Shown piece by piece: positions 20,892 through 31,096 of a stretch of 56,904 bases of DNA. The DNA lies in the NCBI GenBank assembly GCA_947628435.1, contig CANQZW010000001.1, forward strand, positions 78,013 through 134,916, in the 5' to 3' direction. The position numbers and the translations under genes were made by a program. The stretch's first letter is position 1. Each line of letters begins with the position of its first letter. Under the pieces are notes generated by a model. It did no database searches, was not told the origin of the DNA, and was given only the letters and a program-made list of their open reading frames with translations. This stretch comes from an uncultured Bacilli bacterium. Its GTDB lineage: Bacteria > Bacillota_I > Bacilli_A > RF39 > UBA660.

Positions 20892-21743
20892 TTATATAAG
20901 CATCTTATATGGTTTCATTTTAGAACTATCTTTATCATAAATTTTATAAATTGCAATTACCTTATTATTATAAATAAATGTTACGTAATTTTTATTATAA
21001 ATATTATCTATTAAACCACCATTTTTAATTATATTATATAATTTATCATCTATCGTAATACTGTTTTCATCTTTTAAAACATCAGTTATAGATAATATTT
21101 TATAATTACCATTTTTTATCTCATCTAACGTATATGATTCATTTATATTAAAATTTCCTTGTTTAATACGTACTAAATCGCTCATAGATCCTATTACATT
21201 AAGTTTATCATTAATATCTTTTATTAAACTTCTTATGTAAGTTCCCTTAGAAACTGTTACTTTAAAACTATACTTATCATAAGAAAAGTCTAACAACTCT
21301 ATTTTATAGATAGTAACTTTTCTTTTTGGTAATATAACCGTTTTTTTATCTCTTGCATATTCATATAGTTTTTTTCCATTTATTTTAACGGCACTATAAA
21401 TAGGAACCTCTTGATCATACGTACCAACAAAAGAATTTAAAACATCTATTAATTTATCTTTATCTAAATATTCTTTTTTTTGTTTTAAAATTTTACCATC
21501 AGTATCTAAAGTATCTGTTAAAATACCAAGTTTTACCGTTGCTATATATTCTTTATTAGTACTTGTTAAAACATCTACCAACTTAGTAGCTTTACCAATA
21601 CATAAAACAAGCAGTCCACTTGCAATTGGATCAAGAGTTCCCGTATGTCCTATTTTTTTAGTTTTAAATACTTTACACAAACAATTAACAACATCTCTAC
21701 TTGTAATTTTTTTTGGTTTATTAACAATTATTATTCCATTCAT
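20892..21743 (-). CDS. truB: tRNA pseudouridine(55) synthase TruB
   Basis: KIGHTGTLDPIASG, PIYSAVKINGKKLYEYAR, SKGTYIRSL. Confidence 0.97.
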   Translation of the reverse strand: MNGIIIVNKPKKITSRDVVNCLCKVFKTKKIGHTGTLDPIASGLLVLCIGKATKLVDVLTSTNKEYIATVKLGILTDTLDTDGKILKQKKEYLDKDKLIDVLNSFVGTYDQEVPIYSAVKINGKKLYEYARDKKTVILPKRKVTIYKIELLDFSYDKYSFKVTVSKGTYIRSLIKDINDKLNVIGSMSDLVRIKQGNFNINESYTLDEIKNGNYKILSITDVLKDENSITIDDKLYNIIKNGGLIDNIYNKNYVTFIYNNKVIAIYKIYDKDSSKMKPYKMLI

Positions 21744-21785
21744 TGTATCACCACATATATTTTAACATAAAAAAGAAAGTATTAA

Positions 21786-23783
21786 CTACTTTCTTTTTAA
21801 ATATCTACTTGGTCTAATAATATTACTTTCTTCGCTATCAAAATATTTAATTACGTTATCTACTTCAAATTCCCCGTTATCATTATTCATATGATAAGGA
21901 ATTCCATTATTATTTCTACGATAATCATTAATAATGTTAATTTCTTCATAATATCCAAGATATTCATTTGGTTCTAAAACATCTTTTACACTCTCTAAGT
22001 AATCAAATGAATCAGTAACATCATCTTCATTATAAATACCAGACGAAATTAACTCTAAGTATTGATCTAGTATATTAATAACACGCTTTTTACTTTCGAT
22101 AATTGTTTCATCATTTAACTTTTTATTTAAACCTTTTCTTAATATTTTAGAGATTTTTTTAATAGCTCTTGATTCATACAAATTACCATATTTATTTAAA
22201 TTAATACTATCAGATTGATATATTTTGCACTTTTCATTTGCTAATCTATTTCTTGAGCAGAATAATCTTACTCCTCCTATTATATCTGAATCTGAAATTC
22301 TTTTTTCATACTTTTTAATTTTATCTTTAAGAATTGATCTTTTTTGTTCATCAGTTTCTTCTTCTAATAGATGCTGGTTCTTTGCTATCATCTTTTTATT
22401 AAAGTTTTTAGCAATTTTAGTTCCCGCAACAAAAGTAACAATACCACCTAAAGCCTCTTTTATTCTAGTAGATAAACTATACTTTTTAAAATCTTTTGCT
22501 GTTAGTTTATTTTGATACTCATCTTGAACAAAATTATTATAAGTTGTTAAAACGTTATTATACTTTTCTTCAATTGTTAATTCTTCAATATTATCTTGCT
22601 TTTTATTAATATAATCATCAGGTAAATATTGATATCTATCTTTTAATTCTAACATTTTTTCTTCTTCTGGTTTAAAATCATTTGCTAAGTCATTTTCTAT
22701 TTTACTTAATAATTTTTCAAACTTAGATTGATTATTTTCCATTATTTGTTTTATTATTTCAAATAAATCATCTTTTACATATCCATCTTCTAATTCTTTA
22801 ACAGCGTTATATGCATTTTTAAAATCTATTGCTTTTTCAGTTTTTTGAGCTTGATTTACTAGGTCTTGAGCTTGTTTTTCTTGTAAACTTAAACCGCTTA
22901 TTTCTTCATTTATTTGTGCACTATTAGCTTGTAAATCATTTCTTATGTTTTCATCTTCTATTTTTTCAATCAAACTAATAGCATAATCTAATGCTTTTTT
23001 ATTCTTATTATTTTTTGCTATATCAAAATAATATTCAACTTCGCTAACTTTATTTTCTAAAGAATAATCTTCATTTGATTCTTCAGGAGTAACATTATTT
23101 TCCTTTTTAGCAACTGAATCATGTGTATTTATAATATTATTAATTTCATCAAAGAAATTTTCTACATTTAAATTTTTATTATCATTTAATAAATTTTCAA
23201 ATGCAATTTTCATATTATTTAATCTCATGATTTCTTCAATATTATTTTTCATGTTTTCTAATTCGTCATTATTAGAATTAGATAATTTATCAGTATTTAA
23301 AGCACTTGCAATTTCTTGTTTTTTATTATTTATTTCATCAATTAATTGTTCAACAGCTTTTTTTGCTAATAATATTTTTTCAAAATTATTATAACTTACT
23401 TGTTCTTTAGCTTGTTTTATAGCATTTTCCTTTTTTAAATAAGCTTCATCATAAGACATAATAAACTTATTTAATGAATCTAATTTTTTTCTTAATTCAA
23501 TTCGTTCCTCGGCAGTACAACTACTATTTGCTAATTTACGAGTAATTATTCTACATTTTCTTTTTGCAAATTCAACAGCTTTAATACCTCTTATATTTTT
23601 ATCATCACTACTAGATTTTATAACAAAATTAGCTTTTATTACAAACTTATCTAAAGTATTATTCCAATCATTTTCTATTTGGTTAATTGATTTTTCTAAT
23701 AAATCTTTAGAATCTTTTTCTAATTTTTCTATTTCGTTTTTTGTATTTTCAATTATAGATTTAAATGTGCTTTCTATATTCAT
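21786..23783 (-). CDS. large helical/coiled-coil hypothetical protein
   Basis: About 665 aa from ATG 23783 (GGGGGA RBS); E/K/N-rich heptad-like segments; no catalytic motif recognised. Confidence 0.75.
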   Translation of the reverse strand: MNIESTFKSIIENTKNEIEKLEKDSKDLLEKSINQIENDWNNTLDKFVIKANFVIKSSSDDKNIRGIKAVEFAKRKCRIITRKLANSSCTAEERIELRKKLDSLNKFIMSYDEAYLKKENAIKQAKEQVSYNNFEKILLAKKAVEQLIDEINNKKQEIASALNTDKLSNSNNDELENMKNNIEEIMRLNNMKIAFENLLNDNKNLNVENFFDEINNIINTHDSVAKKENNVTPEESNEDYSLENKVSEVEYYFDIAKNNKNKKALDYAISLIEKIEDENIRNDLQANSAQINEEISGLSLQEKQAQDLVNQAQKTEKAIDFKNAYNAVKELEDGYVKDDLFEIIKQIMENNQSKFEKLLSKIENDLANDFKPEEEKMLELKDRYQYLPDDYINKKQDNIEELTIEEKYNNVLTTYNNFVQDEYQNKLTAKDFKKYSLSTRIKEALGGIVTFVAGTKIAKNFNKKMIAKNQHLLEEETDEQKRSILKDKIKKYEKRISDSDIIGGVRLFCSRNRLANEKCKIYQSDSINLNKYGNLYESRAIKKISKILRKGLNKKLNDETIIESKKRVINILDQYLELISSGIYNEDDVTDSFDYLESVKDVLEPNEYLGYYEEINIINDYRRNNNGIPYHMNNDNGEFEVDNVIKYFDSEESNIIRPSRYLKRK

Positions 23784-23914
23784 TTGAAATTCCCCCTTTG
23801 TTTGAATGTCCAATATGTTATCACTATTTTTATATTTTGTCAATACCTATTTTTTTCTTTATAAATTAAAAAAAGCATACACTTTTTGTGCATACCTTAA
23901 ATCATTATTAATAT

Positions 23915-25273
23915 TTAACTGTTTTTTTTCAATACAACGTAACCAATAACAGCAATTACAACCATGATAAATGATAAAATTATAACACTTATTTTACCAC
24001 TTTTTTTATCTTGCTGTTCTTCTGAATCATTAGTATACATTTCATTTAAATACTGTTCATAAGAATCAGTTAAATAATATCTGTCTTTTCCCTTAAATAT
24101 ATGATCATAATAATTTTTAAAACTTACTGGCAATTTATTCTTATTTTTATTATATATTTTTTCAATTTCTGAAAAACTAGAATCATCTGGAATGTTAACA
24201 TCAATTAAAAGTTGTAAAGTAGTGATTGCAAACGCATATAAATCAGTTTTTTCACTTACAATTTTATTTAACGGATCGCGATACTTTTTAGCAACTTCAT
24301 TATTAATTACGCTATCTTTAATAACAAAAGCATCGCAATCTATTAATTTAACATTTCCATTTTTATCAAAGAAAATATTATCTGGATTAAGATCACAAAT
24401 ATATATTTTATTTTTGTGAAGTTTTTTCATTACTTTTTCTATTTCTTTTATTTTATCTATTTTTTCTTCAAAACTATAACTTTCACTTTTATTCCATAAA
24501 GCTTGTCCTTCAGGCAAATATTCCATAATATATCCAACAAATATACCATCATAATAAACTAAGTGCTTTGGTTTTATAATTTCAGGAATATCGATATTTT
24601 TAATATATTTTATCGTTTCTTCTCTATCTTTAACATACGTAAATGAAGTTGATGTAAACATTTTAAGAATTCTTCCATCTTGCGTTAAATATATATTACC
24701 AGATCTTCCAGATGCTATTTTTTTAACTAATTTTAAATCTTTATAATCCACAGAATCTGCTGGAATATCCCTGAATTTATCATTTAACATACGCATTCTA
24801 ACAGCAGAAATAACGTTAATACTTAATAGATTACCATCCTCATTAATACCCACTTCATAAAAACCAAGGGATTGATAAATCTTAAGCACATCTAAATTAT
24901 GCTCATCAACCGTAACAATAACGTTTCTAGAGCCTACCTCTCCTGCAATATATATAACCGCCTCAATTAAAAGAGCTTCCATATTTTTGTTTTTAAATTC
25001 ATCTAAAACATATACTTTATTTATTTCAACTTGAGAAACATTATTATTATTCTTAAATTCAAAGGTGGTGTATCCGATAAGCATTTTATTAGTTTGTATA
25101 ACCAAAGTTATTTTATTCCTAAAATATTCAGGAATAATATAATCATCTAAATCAAGCAAACAATCTTTTTTTATTGTTTCACTTGAAAAAGTATTGACAA
25201 TATCTGCAAAAACATCAAAATCTGTTTCTAATATCCCTAGGTTTAGATTTTCCTTTTTAACTAAATTTATCAC
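23915..25273 (-). CDS. GNAT domain + Ser/Thr protein kinase + C-terminal TM fusion protein
   Basis: GNAT: EINKVYVLDEFKNKN...NLDVLKIYQSLGF; kinase: IASGRSGNIY, ILKMF, YIMEYL, ICDLNPDNIFF, LIDCD, TDLYAFAI; terminal hydrophobic helix; probable GTG start at 25273. Confidence 0.85.
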   Translation of the reverse strand: MINLVKKENLNLGILETDFDVFADIVNTFSSETIKKDCLLDLDDYIIPEYFRNKITLVIQTNKMLIGYTTFEFKNNNNVSQVEINKVYVLDEFKNKNMEALLIEAVIYIAGEVGSRNVIVTVDEHNLDVLKIYQSLGFYEVGINEDGNLLSINVISAVRMRMLNDKFRDIPADSVDYKDLKLVKKIASGRSGNIYLTQDGRILKMFTSTSFTYVKDREETIKYIKNIDIPEIIKPKHLVYYDGIFVGYIMEYLPEGQALWNKSESYSFEEKIDKIKEIEKVMKKLHKNKIYICDLNPDNIFFDKNGNVKLIDCDAFVIKDSVINNEVAKKYRDPLNKIVSEKTDLYAFAITTLQLLIDVNIPDDSSFSEIEKIYNKNKNKLPVSFKNYYDHIFKGKDRYYLTDSYEQYLNEMYTNDSEEQQDKKSGKISVIILSFIMVVIAVIGYVVLKKNS

Positions 25274-25373
25274 TATATACCACCTACCTATCATTAATAT
25301 AATTATACATTGTTTTTAATCATATTTCTACAAAAAATACACGTTTTAATAAAAAAAAGAAATAAATTTCAAA

Positions 25374-25712
25374 TTATTCATTTATTTCTTTTATAATTTT
25401 TTCAATATTATTTGCATAAGATATGGACTCATCATATATAAATTTAAGATCTGGTATTTTTCTTATTTCTAACTTTCTTTTTGCTAATTCAGTTTTAATA
25501 AAACCTTTAGCAGCATTTAAGTCATGTAAACATTTTTCTTTTTTAGACTCATCAAGAACCGTACAATAAATTTGAGCAAGTGATAAATCAGTGTCAACTT
25601 TACATGCGGTTATGGTAACAAATTTAATATCTGAATCATAAACTTCATTTTGTAATATATCACTAATTTCTTTTATTAGTAAATTTGCTATTCTTTGTGT
25701 TTTAACACTCAT
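25374..25712 (-). CDS. rbfA: ribosome-binding factor A
   Basis: FVTIT..VDTDLSLA, AAKGFIK, IRKIPDLKFIYDESI. Confidence 0.95.
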   Translation of the reverse strand: MSVKTQRIANLLIKEISDILQNEVYDSDIKFVTITACKVDTDLSLAQIYCTVLDESKKEKCLHDLNAAKGFIKTELAKRKLEIRKIPDLKFIYDESISYANNIEKIIKEINE

Positions 25713-25715
25713 ACG

Positions 25716-27860
25716 TTACCTCTTTATTTCCACCAATTCATATGCTTCTATGATATCTTTTTCTTTTATATCTTGATAATTTTCTAAAGTAATACCACAT
25801 TCATAACCAGATTTTACTTCTTTTACTTGATTTTTTTCTCTTTGTATCGTATTGATATTACCATCATAAACAACAATACCATCTCTTATTAATCTTGCTT
25901 TAGCATCTGATTTTATAATACCATCTAAAACAAAGCACCCAGCAATATTACCAGTTTTAGAAAATTTATATATCTTTCTTATTTCTGCTTGACCTATTAC
26001 CTTTTCTTCATATAAAGGATCTAGCATTCCTTTCATAGCTGATTCCATCTCTTCAACAACTTTATAAATAATATTATGAAGTCTTACATCAACGCCATAT
26101 TCTTTTGCAATATCTAATATTTTACTAGATGGTCTAACATTAAAACCAATTATTATTGCTTTTGAGGCATTAGCTAGTACTATATCACTTTCAGTAATAG
26201 TTCCAACCCCACTTCTAATAATGTTTAGTTTGCATCCCTCAACCTCAATTTTAGATAAAGTATTTTTAACTGCTTCTTCACTACCTTTAACGTCAGTTTT
26301 TAATACGATATTAATTTCTTTTAATCCCTCGGATATCTTACTAAACAAATCATCCAAACTAATCGAATTTGATGACGTATTAGCTTTTAATTTTGCAACC
26401 TCACTTCTTTGCTCAGCAACACTATGAGCTTTCTTTTCAGAATCAAAAGCCATAAATTTATCACCAGCTGTTGGAACACCAGAAATACCAGTGACCTCAA
26501 CTGGCATTGAAGGAGCAGCCTCAACTACTTCTTCTCCTAAATCATTTTTTAAAGTTCTTACCTTTCCAAAATATTCTCCTACAACTATTGGATCTCCTAA
26601 TCTTAAAGTACCATTTTGAATTAATAAAGTTACTTGTGAACCAACATTTTTATCTAACTTCGATTCAATAACAGTACCAATTGCATAACGTCCAGGATTT
26701 GCTTTTAATTCTTGCATTTGTGCAACAAGTAACAAATTATCTAACAAATTATCTATTCCCTCATGAGTTTTTGCTGAAATATTAACAAATAAAGTATCCC
26801 CACCCCAAGCTTCAGGAGTAAGACCATTTTCACTCATTTCTCGCATAACTTTATCTACGTTAGCACCTGGTTTATCTATTTTATTTATTGCAACAATTAT
26901 AGGCACATTAGCGGCTTTAGCATGATCAATTGCCTCTTTTGTTTGAGGCATAACACCATCATCCGCTGCAACTATTATAATTACTATATCAGTAATAGAT
27001 GCACCTCTTGCTCTCATCTCAGTAAAAGCTGCGTGTCCTGGAGTATCTATAAAAGTAATTAACTTATCATTATATTTAACTTGATACGCACCAATATGCT
27101 GAGTTATACCACCAAATTCACCATCTACAACACTACTTTTTCTAATTGCATCTAAAAGCGATGTTTTACCATGATCAACATGTCCCATGATAGTAACAAC
27201 CGCAGGTCTTTCTTTTAAATCTTTTTCATCATCATTTACTTCATACTTCTCAAAATTTGTAATGTCCACAGACTCCTGTTTTTTTAAAGTTTTATTAAAT
27301 TCAAGTGCAATAACTGATGCATCATCAAAACTTATCTTTGCGTTCATATTTGCCATAACACCTAAACTCATAAGTTTTTTTAATAAATCAGAAACAGAAA
27401 CATTAAGACTCTCAGCGAAATCCTTAATTGTCATTGCATCTTTATACAATACAACATTATCTAAAGATTCTCCCTCATTAGAAACTAACTTTTCTTTATT
27501 CTTATACATTGCCTTTTTAGCATCTTTTATATCTTTTTGTTTATTCTTATTCTTTTTCTTCTTTAAAGGAGCAGGTTCACTACTATAAATAGTATCTTTC
27601 TTATCAATTAATGTATCAACCACCTCATCATAGTAGTCATCTTCTTCCATCTTTTTTATTATCTCTTCATCTTGTTTTATTTCCTCATCCAAAGATTCTT
27701 CTTGTTCTTCATTTGAAAAAGCATTGTCTAATAAAACTATCGCATCATCATCAAGTAAATCATCTTCATTTGACACATCAATGTTCAATTTTTTACACAT
27801 TTGTAAGATGTCATCAACATTCTTATTCATATCATCTGCGTATTCTAAAACACTCATCAT
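25716..27860 (-). CDS. infB: translation initiation factor IF-2
   Basis: RPAVVTIMGHVDHGKTSLLD, DTPGHAAF, AINKID, ECGITL. Confidence 0.98.
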   Translation of the reverse strand: MMSVLEYADDMNKNVDDILQMCKKLNIDVSNEDDLLDDDAIVLLDNAFSNEEQEESLDEEIKQDEEIIKKMEEDDYYDEVVDTLIDKKDTIYSSEPAPLKKKKNKNKQKDIKDAKKAMYKNKEKLVSNEGESLDNVVLYKDAMTIKDFAESLNVSVSDLLKKLMSLGVMANMNAKISFDDASVIALEFNKTLKKQESVDITNFEKYEVNDDEKDLKERPAVVTIMGHVDHGKTSLLDAIRKSSVVDGEFGGITQHIGAYQVKYNDKLITFIDTPGHAAFTEMRARGASITDIVIIIVAADDGVMPQTKEAIDHAKAANVPIIVAINKIDKPGANVDKVMREMSENGLTPEAWGGDTLFVNISAKTHEGIDNLLDNLLLVAQMQELKANPGRYAIGTVIESKLDKNVGSQVTLLIQNGTLRLGDPIVVGEYFGKVRTLKNDLGEEVVEAAPSMPVEVTGISGVPTAGDKFMAFDSEKKAHSVAEQRSEVAKLKANTSSNSISLDDLFSKISEGLKEINIVLKTDVKGSEEAVKNTLSKIEVEGCKLNIIRSGVGTITESDIVLANASKAIIIGFNVRPSSKILDIAKEYGVDVRLHNIIYKVVEEMESAMKGMLDPLYEEKVIGQAEIRKIYKFSKTGNIAGCFVLDGIIKSDAKARLIRDGIVVYDGNINTIQREKNQVKEVKSGYECGITLENYQDIKEKDIIEAYELVEIKR

Positions 27861-27878
27861 ATTACCACGTCCTTTCTA

Positions 27879-28148
27879 TTAGCTATTATTACTTATAACA
27901 CTCCTTAATTCATCATAAATATCATCTGATATTTGTGTGTTTAAATAACGTTCTAAGACTTTAGTTTTTTTGGCTAAATTAACGACTTCTAAATCTTTTT
28001 TTAAATATGCTCCGTGACCATTTAACTTGCCAGTTAAATCAACTGCTACATTACCTTTATTATCCTTAACTACTCTTATAAGATCTTTTTTAGGAAATTT
28101 TTCCTTGGTAACAACACACGAACGCATTGGTATTTTTCTTTGTTTCAA
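27879..28148 (-). CDS. ylxR: YlxR (DUF448/RnpM) RNA-binding protein
   Basis: KIPMRSCVVTKEKFPKKDLIRVV...GHGAYL; follows nusA. Confidence 0.92.
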   Translation of the reverse strand: MKQRKIPMRSCVVTKEKFPKKDLIRVVKDNKGNVAVDLTGKLNGHGAYLKKDLEVVNLAKKTKVLERYLNTQISDDIYDELRSVISNNS

Positions 28149-28163
28149 AATTAATCACCAACC

Positions 28164-29258
28164 TTAAGATATTGCATTAGATAAATCAATATTTTCTTCT
28201 TTTACTTGCTCTTTTGTTTTTACATCTATTTTATAATGAGTTAAGCGTGCAGCTAATCTAACATTTTGACCTTTTTTACCAATGGCCAAAGACAAATTAT
28301 CTCCTTCTGCAATTGCTAAGGCCTCATTTTTCTTTTCATCTAAAATGTATACCTCAACATCCTTAGCTGGAGATAAAGCATTCTTAATAAATTTTATTGG
28401 ATCTTTATCATATAAAACTACATCTATTTTTTCTCCATTTAATTCATTTGAAACATTGTTAATTCTTGTTCCTTTTTCACCAATACAAGCCCCTATTGCA
28501 TCGACATTATTATCCTCAGAATATACAGCTATTTTACTTCTTAAACCAGCATCTCGTGCAACACTATATAATATTACCGTTCCATCATTTAACTCTGGTA
28601 TTTCTTTTTCAAGTAGTCTTTTTACAAATCCATAATGAGATCTAGATAATAATATTAATGGGCTTTTACCTGAATCATCTATTTTTGTAACATATACTTT
28701 AACCATTGATCCCATTGTTAAAGACTCACCCTTTATTAATTCTGTCTTAGGAAGAATACCATGCATTCTACCTAAATCTACATAATAATTTTGTGAATCT
28801 TCCCTAGATAAAGTACCAACTAATAACTCACCTTGTTTATCTTCAAACTCAGACATTATACTTTGTCTTTCAGCTTCCCTTACCTTTTGAACTAATATTT
28901 GTTTTGCAGCCATCGTTGCAACACGACCAAAATCTTTTAACACTACTTCCTCTTCTATTGTCTCACCTGGTTTAATATCTGGAACAATTTTTTTAGCATC
29001 ATTAAGTAGTATTTCAACAGATTCCTCACCGTCTTCATCTTCCTCACCATCAGTATATTCCGTTACTACCTTTTGATATGAATAACCCTTTATTTCCCCT
29101 GTATCTTTATTTATATCTATTCTAATATTTGGAAGACCAGTTTCCTTAGTATATGCCTTTTCTAAAGCTACTTTCATTCCATCAAATATAACATCCTCAC
29201 TTATTTGTTTTTCAGCACAAATATTTTTTAAAGCTTTTATAAATTCTTCACTATTCAT
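28164..29258 (-). CDS. nusA: transcription factor NusA
   Basis: DFGRVATMAAKQ, S1 and KH domains, GACIGEKG, LSLAIGKKGQNVRLAARLT. Confidence 0.97.
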   Translation of the reverse strand: MNSEEFIKALKNICAEKQISEDVIFDGMKVALEKAYTKETGLPNIRIDINKDTGEIKGYSYQKVVTEYTDGEEDEDGEESVEILLNDAKKIVPDIKPGETIEEEVVLKDFGRVATMAAKQILVQKVREAERQSIMSEFEDKQGELLVGTLSREDSQNYYVDLGRMHGILPKTELIKGESLTMGSMVKVYVTKIDDSGKSPLILLSRSHYGFVKRLLEKEIPELNDGTVILYSVARDAGLRSKIAVYSEDNNVDAIGACIGEKGTRINNVSNELNGEKIDVVLYDKDPIKFIKNALSPAKDVEVYILDEKKNEALAIAEGDNLSLAIGKKGQNVRLAARLTHYKIDVKTKEQVKEENIDLSNAIS

Positions 29259-29260
29259 TT

Positions 29261-29512
29261 TTACCTATCTCCTTTTTCTACCGAACATACATCAAGTACG
29301 TACGATTCATCAAATTCATCTTCTAGGGTATCAATTATTGGATTAATAACCTCAGTTGCACTAACACAAGTATCAACATCAACATATGGTTCTTTATCAA
29401 TTATAACCCTTAAAAAATACATAGTACCTTCCTTTACATATTCAACCTTAGAAAGCTTAATGTTAATTTTTTTAAGAGGTTCTTCAATTAACGCTCTTAC
29501 TTTAGCATCCAT
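29261..29512 (-). CDS. rimP: ribosome maturation factor RimP, N-terminal domain only
   Basis: VEYVKEG..YFLRVIIDK..VDVDTC...YVLDVCS; directly before nusA; only 83 aa. Confidence 0.82.
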   Translation of the reverse strand: MDAKVRALIEEPLKKINIKLSKVEYVKEGTMYFLRVIIDKEPYVDVDTCVSATEVINPIIDTLEDEFDESYVLDVCSVEKGDR

Positions 29513-29535
29513 ATTTAATACCTCCTTTAAATATA

Positions 29536-29561
29536 AAGAGCAGGACTTTTGTCCTACTCTT
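29536..29561 (-). promoter_or_regulatory. rimP leader hairpin (attenuator-like)
   Basis: AAGAGTAGGAC-AAAA-GTCCTGCTCTT between a TTGCAA..TGcTATAAT promoter (29575-29602) and the rimP RBS. Confidence 0.7.
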
Positions 29562-29628
29562 GGTTGCTATATGTATTATAGCATAAAATATATATATTGC
29601 AATGTTTTTTTATTACTATTTAAAATTT

Positions 29629-30981
29629 TTATTTCTTAATAACATATTCATTATAACAACTATCTACATATGTTTTTAAATCATTTACGTAAGAATTTTC
29701 GATACTCTTTATTTGTTCTTCTAATTGTTTTTTAAGAAAATCAACCTCTTTATCTTTCTTAGGTTCGTTTTCCATTAAATATTTTCTAATTTCATTTTTA
29801 TATCTATCTCTTTTATTTTTATCATCAAAAGATTTTTCTATTGTTTCATTATTTATTGATAACTTAAACGAATATAATAACTCCATTGTTTTTATATCTA
29901 CCATATATTCATTATCAAAAATAATCATTCCATCACTAATTTTAATTGAATCAAATGTGCAATCTATTATTTGATTTCCCTCTTTATTTATTACACCACT
30001 TTTGCCATTTAAACGAACGGTTGCTAAACCATCTTGAAAATCAGGTGCATCATCATAAATTGGTTTTACTACTTCTTTTCCTTCTTTATTTATATAACCC
30101 CATTTTCCATTTAAACATACTGATGCTAAACCATCATAAAAATTAGATACATAATCATATTTTTTATTTAGTTTTATTACTTCTTTTCCTTCTTTGTTGA
30201 TATAGCCCCATTTACTATTTAAACATACTGCTGCTAGGCCTTCATGAAAACTAGATGCAAAATCATAAATTGGCTTTACTACTTCTTTTCCGTCTTTGTT
30301 AATATAGCCAGATTTTTTATTTAATCTAACTTCTGCTAATCCTTCATTGAAATCACGTACATTATCATAAATTGGTTTTATTACGTATTTTCCTTCTTTA
30401 TTTATGTAACCCCATTTACCATGTAATTTAACTGCTGCTAGGCCTTCACTAAAATTAGATACACGATCATAAATTGGTTTTATTACTTCTTTTCCTTCTT
30501 TATTAATATAACCCCATTTTCCGCCTAAACAAACTGCCGCTAGGCCCTCATGAAAATCAGATGCATGATTAGAAAAATCAGTTCCAAGATGATAATAATA
30601 AGATACACTATCATAAATTGGTTTTACTACTTCTTTTCCTTCTTTATTAATATAACCATATTTTCCATTTAAACGAACTACCGCTAAACCCTCATGAAAA
30701 TCATGTACATCATCATAAATTGGTTTTATTAAGAATTTTCCTTTTTTATCTATCACACCATATTTTCCATTTAGTTTAACTGATGCTAATCCTTCGTGAA
30801 AATCACATACAATATCATAAATTGGTTTTACTACTTCTTTTCCTTTTTTATTGATATAACCCCATTTTCCATTTAATTTAACTCTTGCTAGTCCTTCTTG
30901 AAAATCATATACATAATCATACTTTGATACATCTATCTTATTTTTTATTATAGTGCTATAACTTATAACAGCTTTTTCCAT
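29629..30981 (-). CDS. WG-repeat protein (9 repeats of about 34 aa)
   Basis: Repeats YDxxxDFHEGLAxVxLNGKWGYINKEGKEVIKPI; no signal peptide; ATG 30981 after AGGAG. Confidence 0.92.
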   Translation of the reverse strand: MEKAVISYSTIIKNKIDVSKYDYVYDFQEGLARVKLNGKWGYINKKGKEVVKPIYDIVCDFHEGLASVKLNGKYGVIDKKGKFLIKPIYDDVHDFHEGLAVVRLNGKYGYINKEGKEVVKPIYDSVSYYYHLGTDFSNHASDFHEGLAAVCLGGKWGYINKEGKEVIKPIYDRVSNFSEGLAAVKLHGKWGYINKEGKYVIKPIYDNVRDFNEGLAEVRLNKKSGYINKDGKEVVKPIYDFASSFHEGLAAVCLNSKWGYINKEGKEVIKLNKKYDYVSNFYDGLASVCLNGKWGYINKEGKEVVKPIYDDAPDFQDGLATVRLNGKSGVINKEGNQIIDCTFDSIKISDGMIIFDNEYMVDIKTMELLYSFKLSINNETIEKSFDDKNKRDRYKNEIRKYLMENEPKKDKEVDFLKKQLEEQIKSIENSYVNDLKTYVDSCYNEYVIKK

Positions 30982-31011
30982 TACCAAAATCTCCTTTTTA
31001 ATTTTGGCCTT

Positions 31012-31040
31012 ATTATATTTAAATTACTTATCAATGTCAA
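31012..31040 (-). promoter_or_regulatory. consensus sigma-A promoter of WG gene 1
   Basis: TTGACA-N17-TATAAT. Confidence 0.8.
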
Positions 31041-31042
31041 TA

Positions 31043-31088
31043 ATCACTAGCAAATAAAAAAGTATCACTAGCAAATAAAAAAGTATCA
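31043..31088. repeat. 21-bp tandem duplication
   Basis: ATCACTAGCAAATAAAAAAGT x2 plus ATCA. Confidence 0.9.
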
Positions 31089-31096
31089 AATATACT

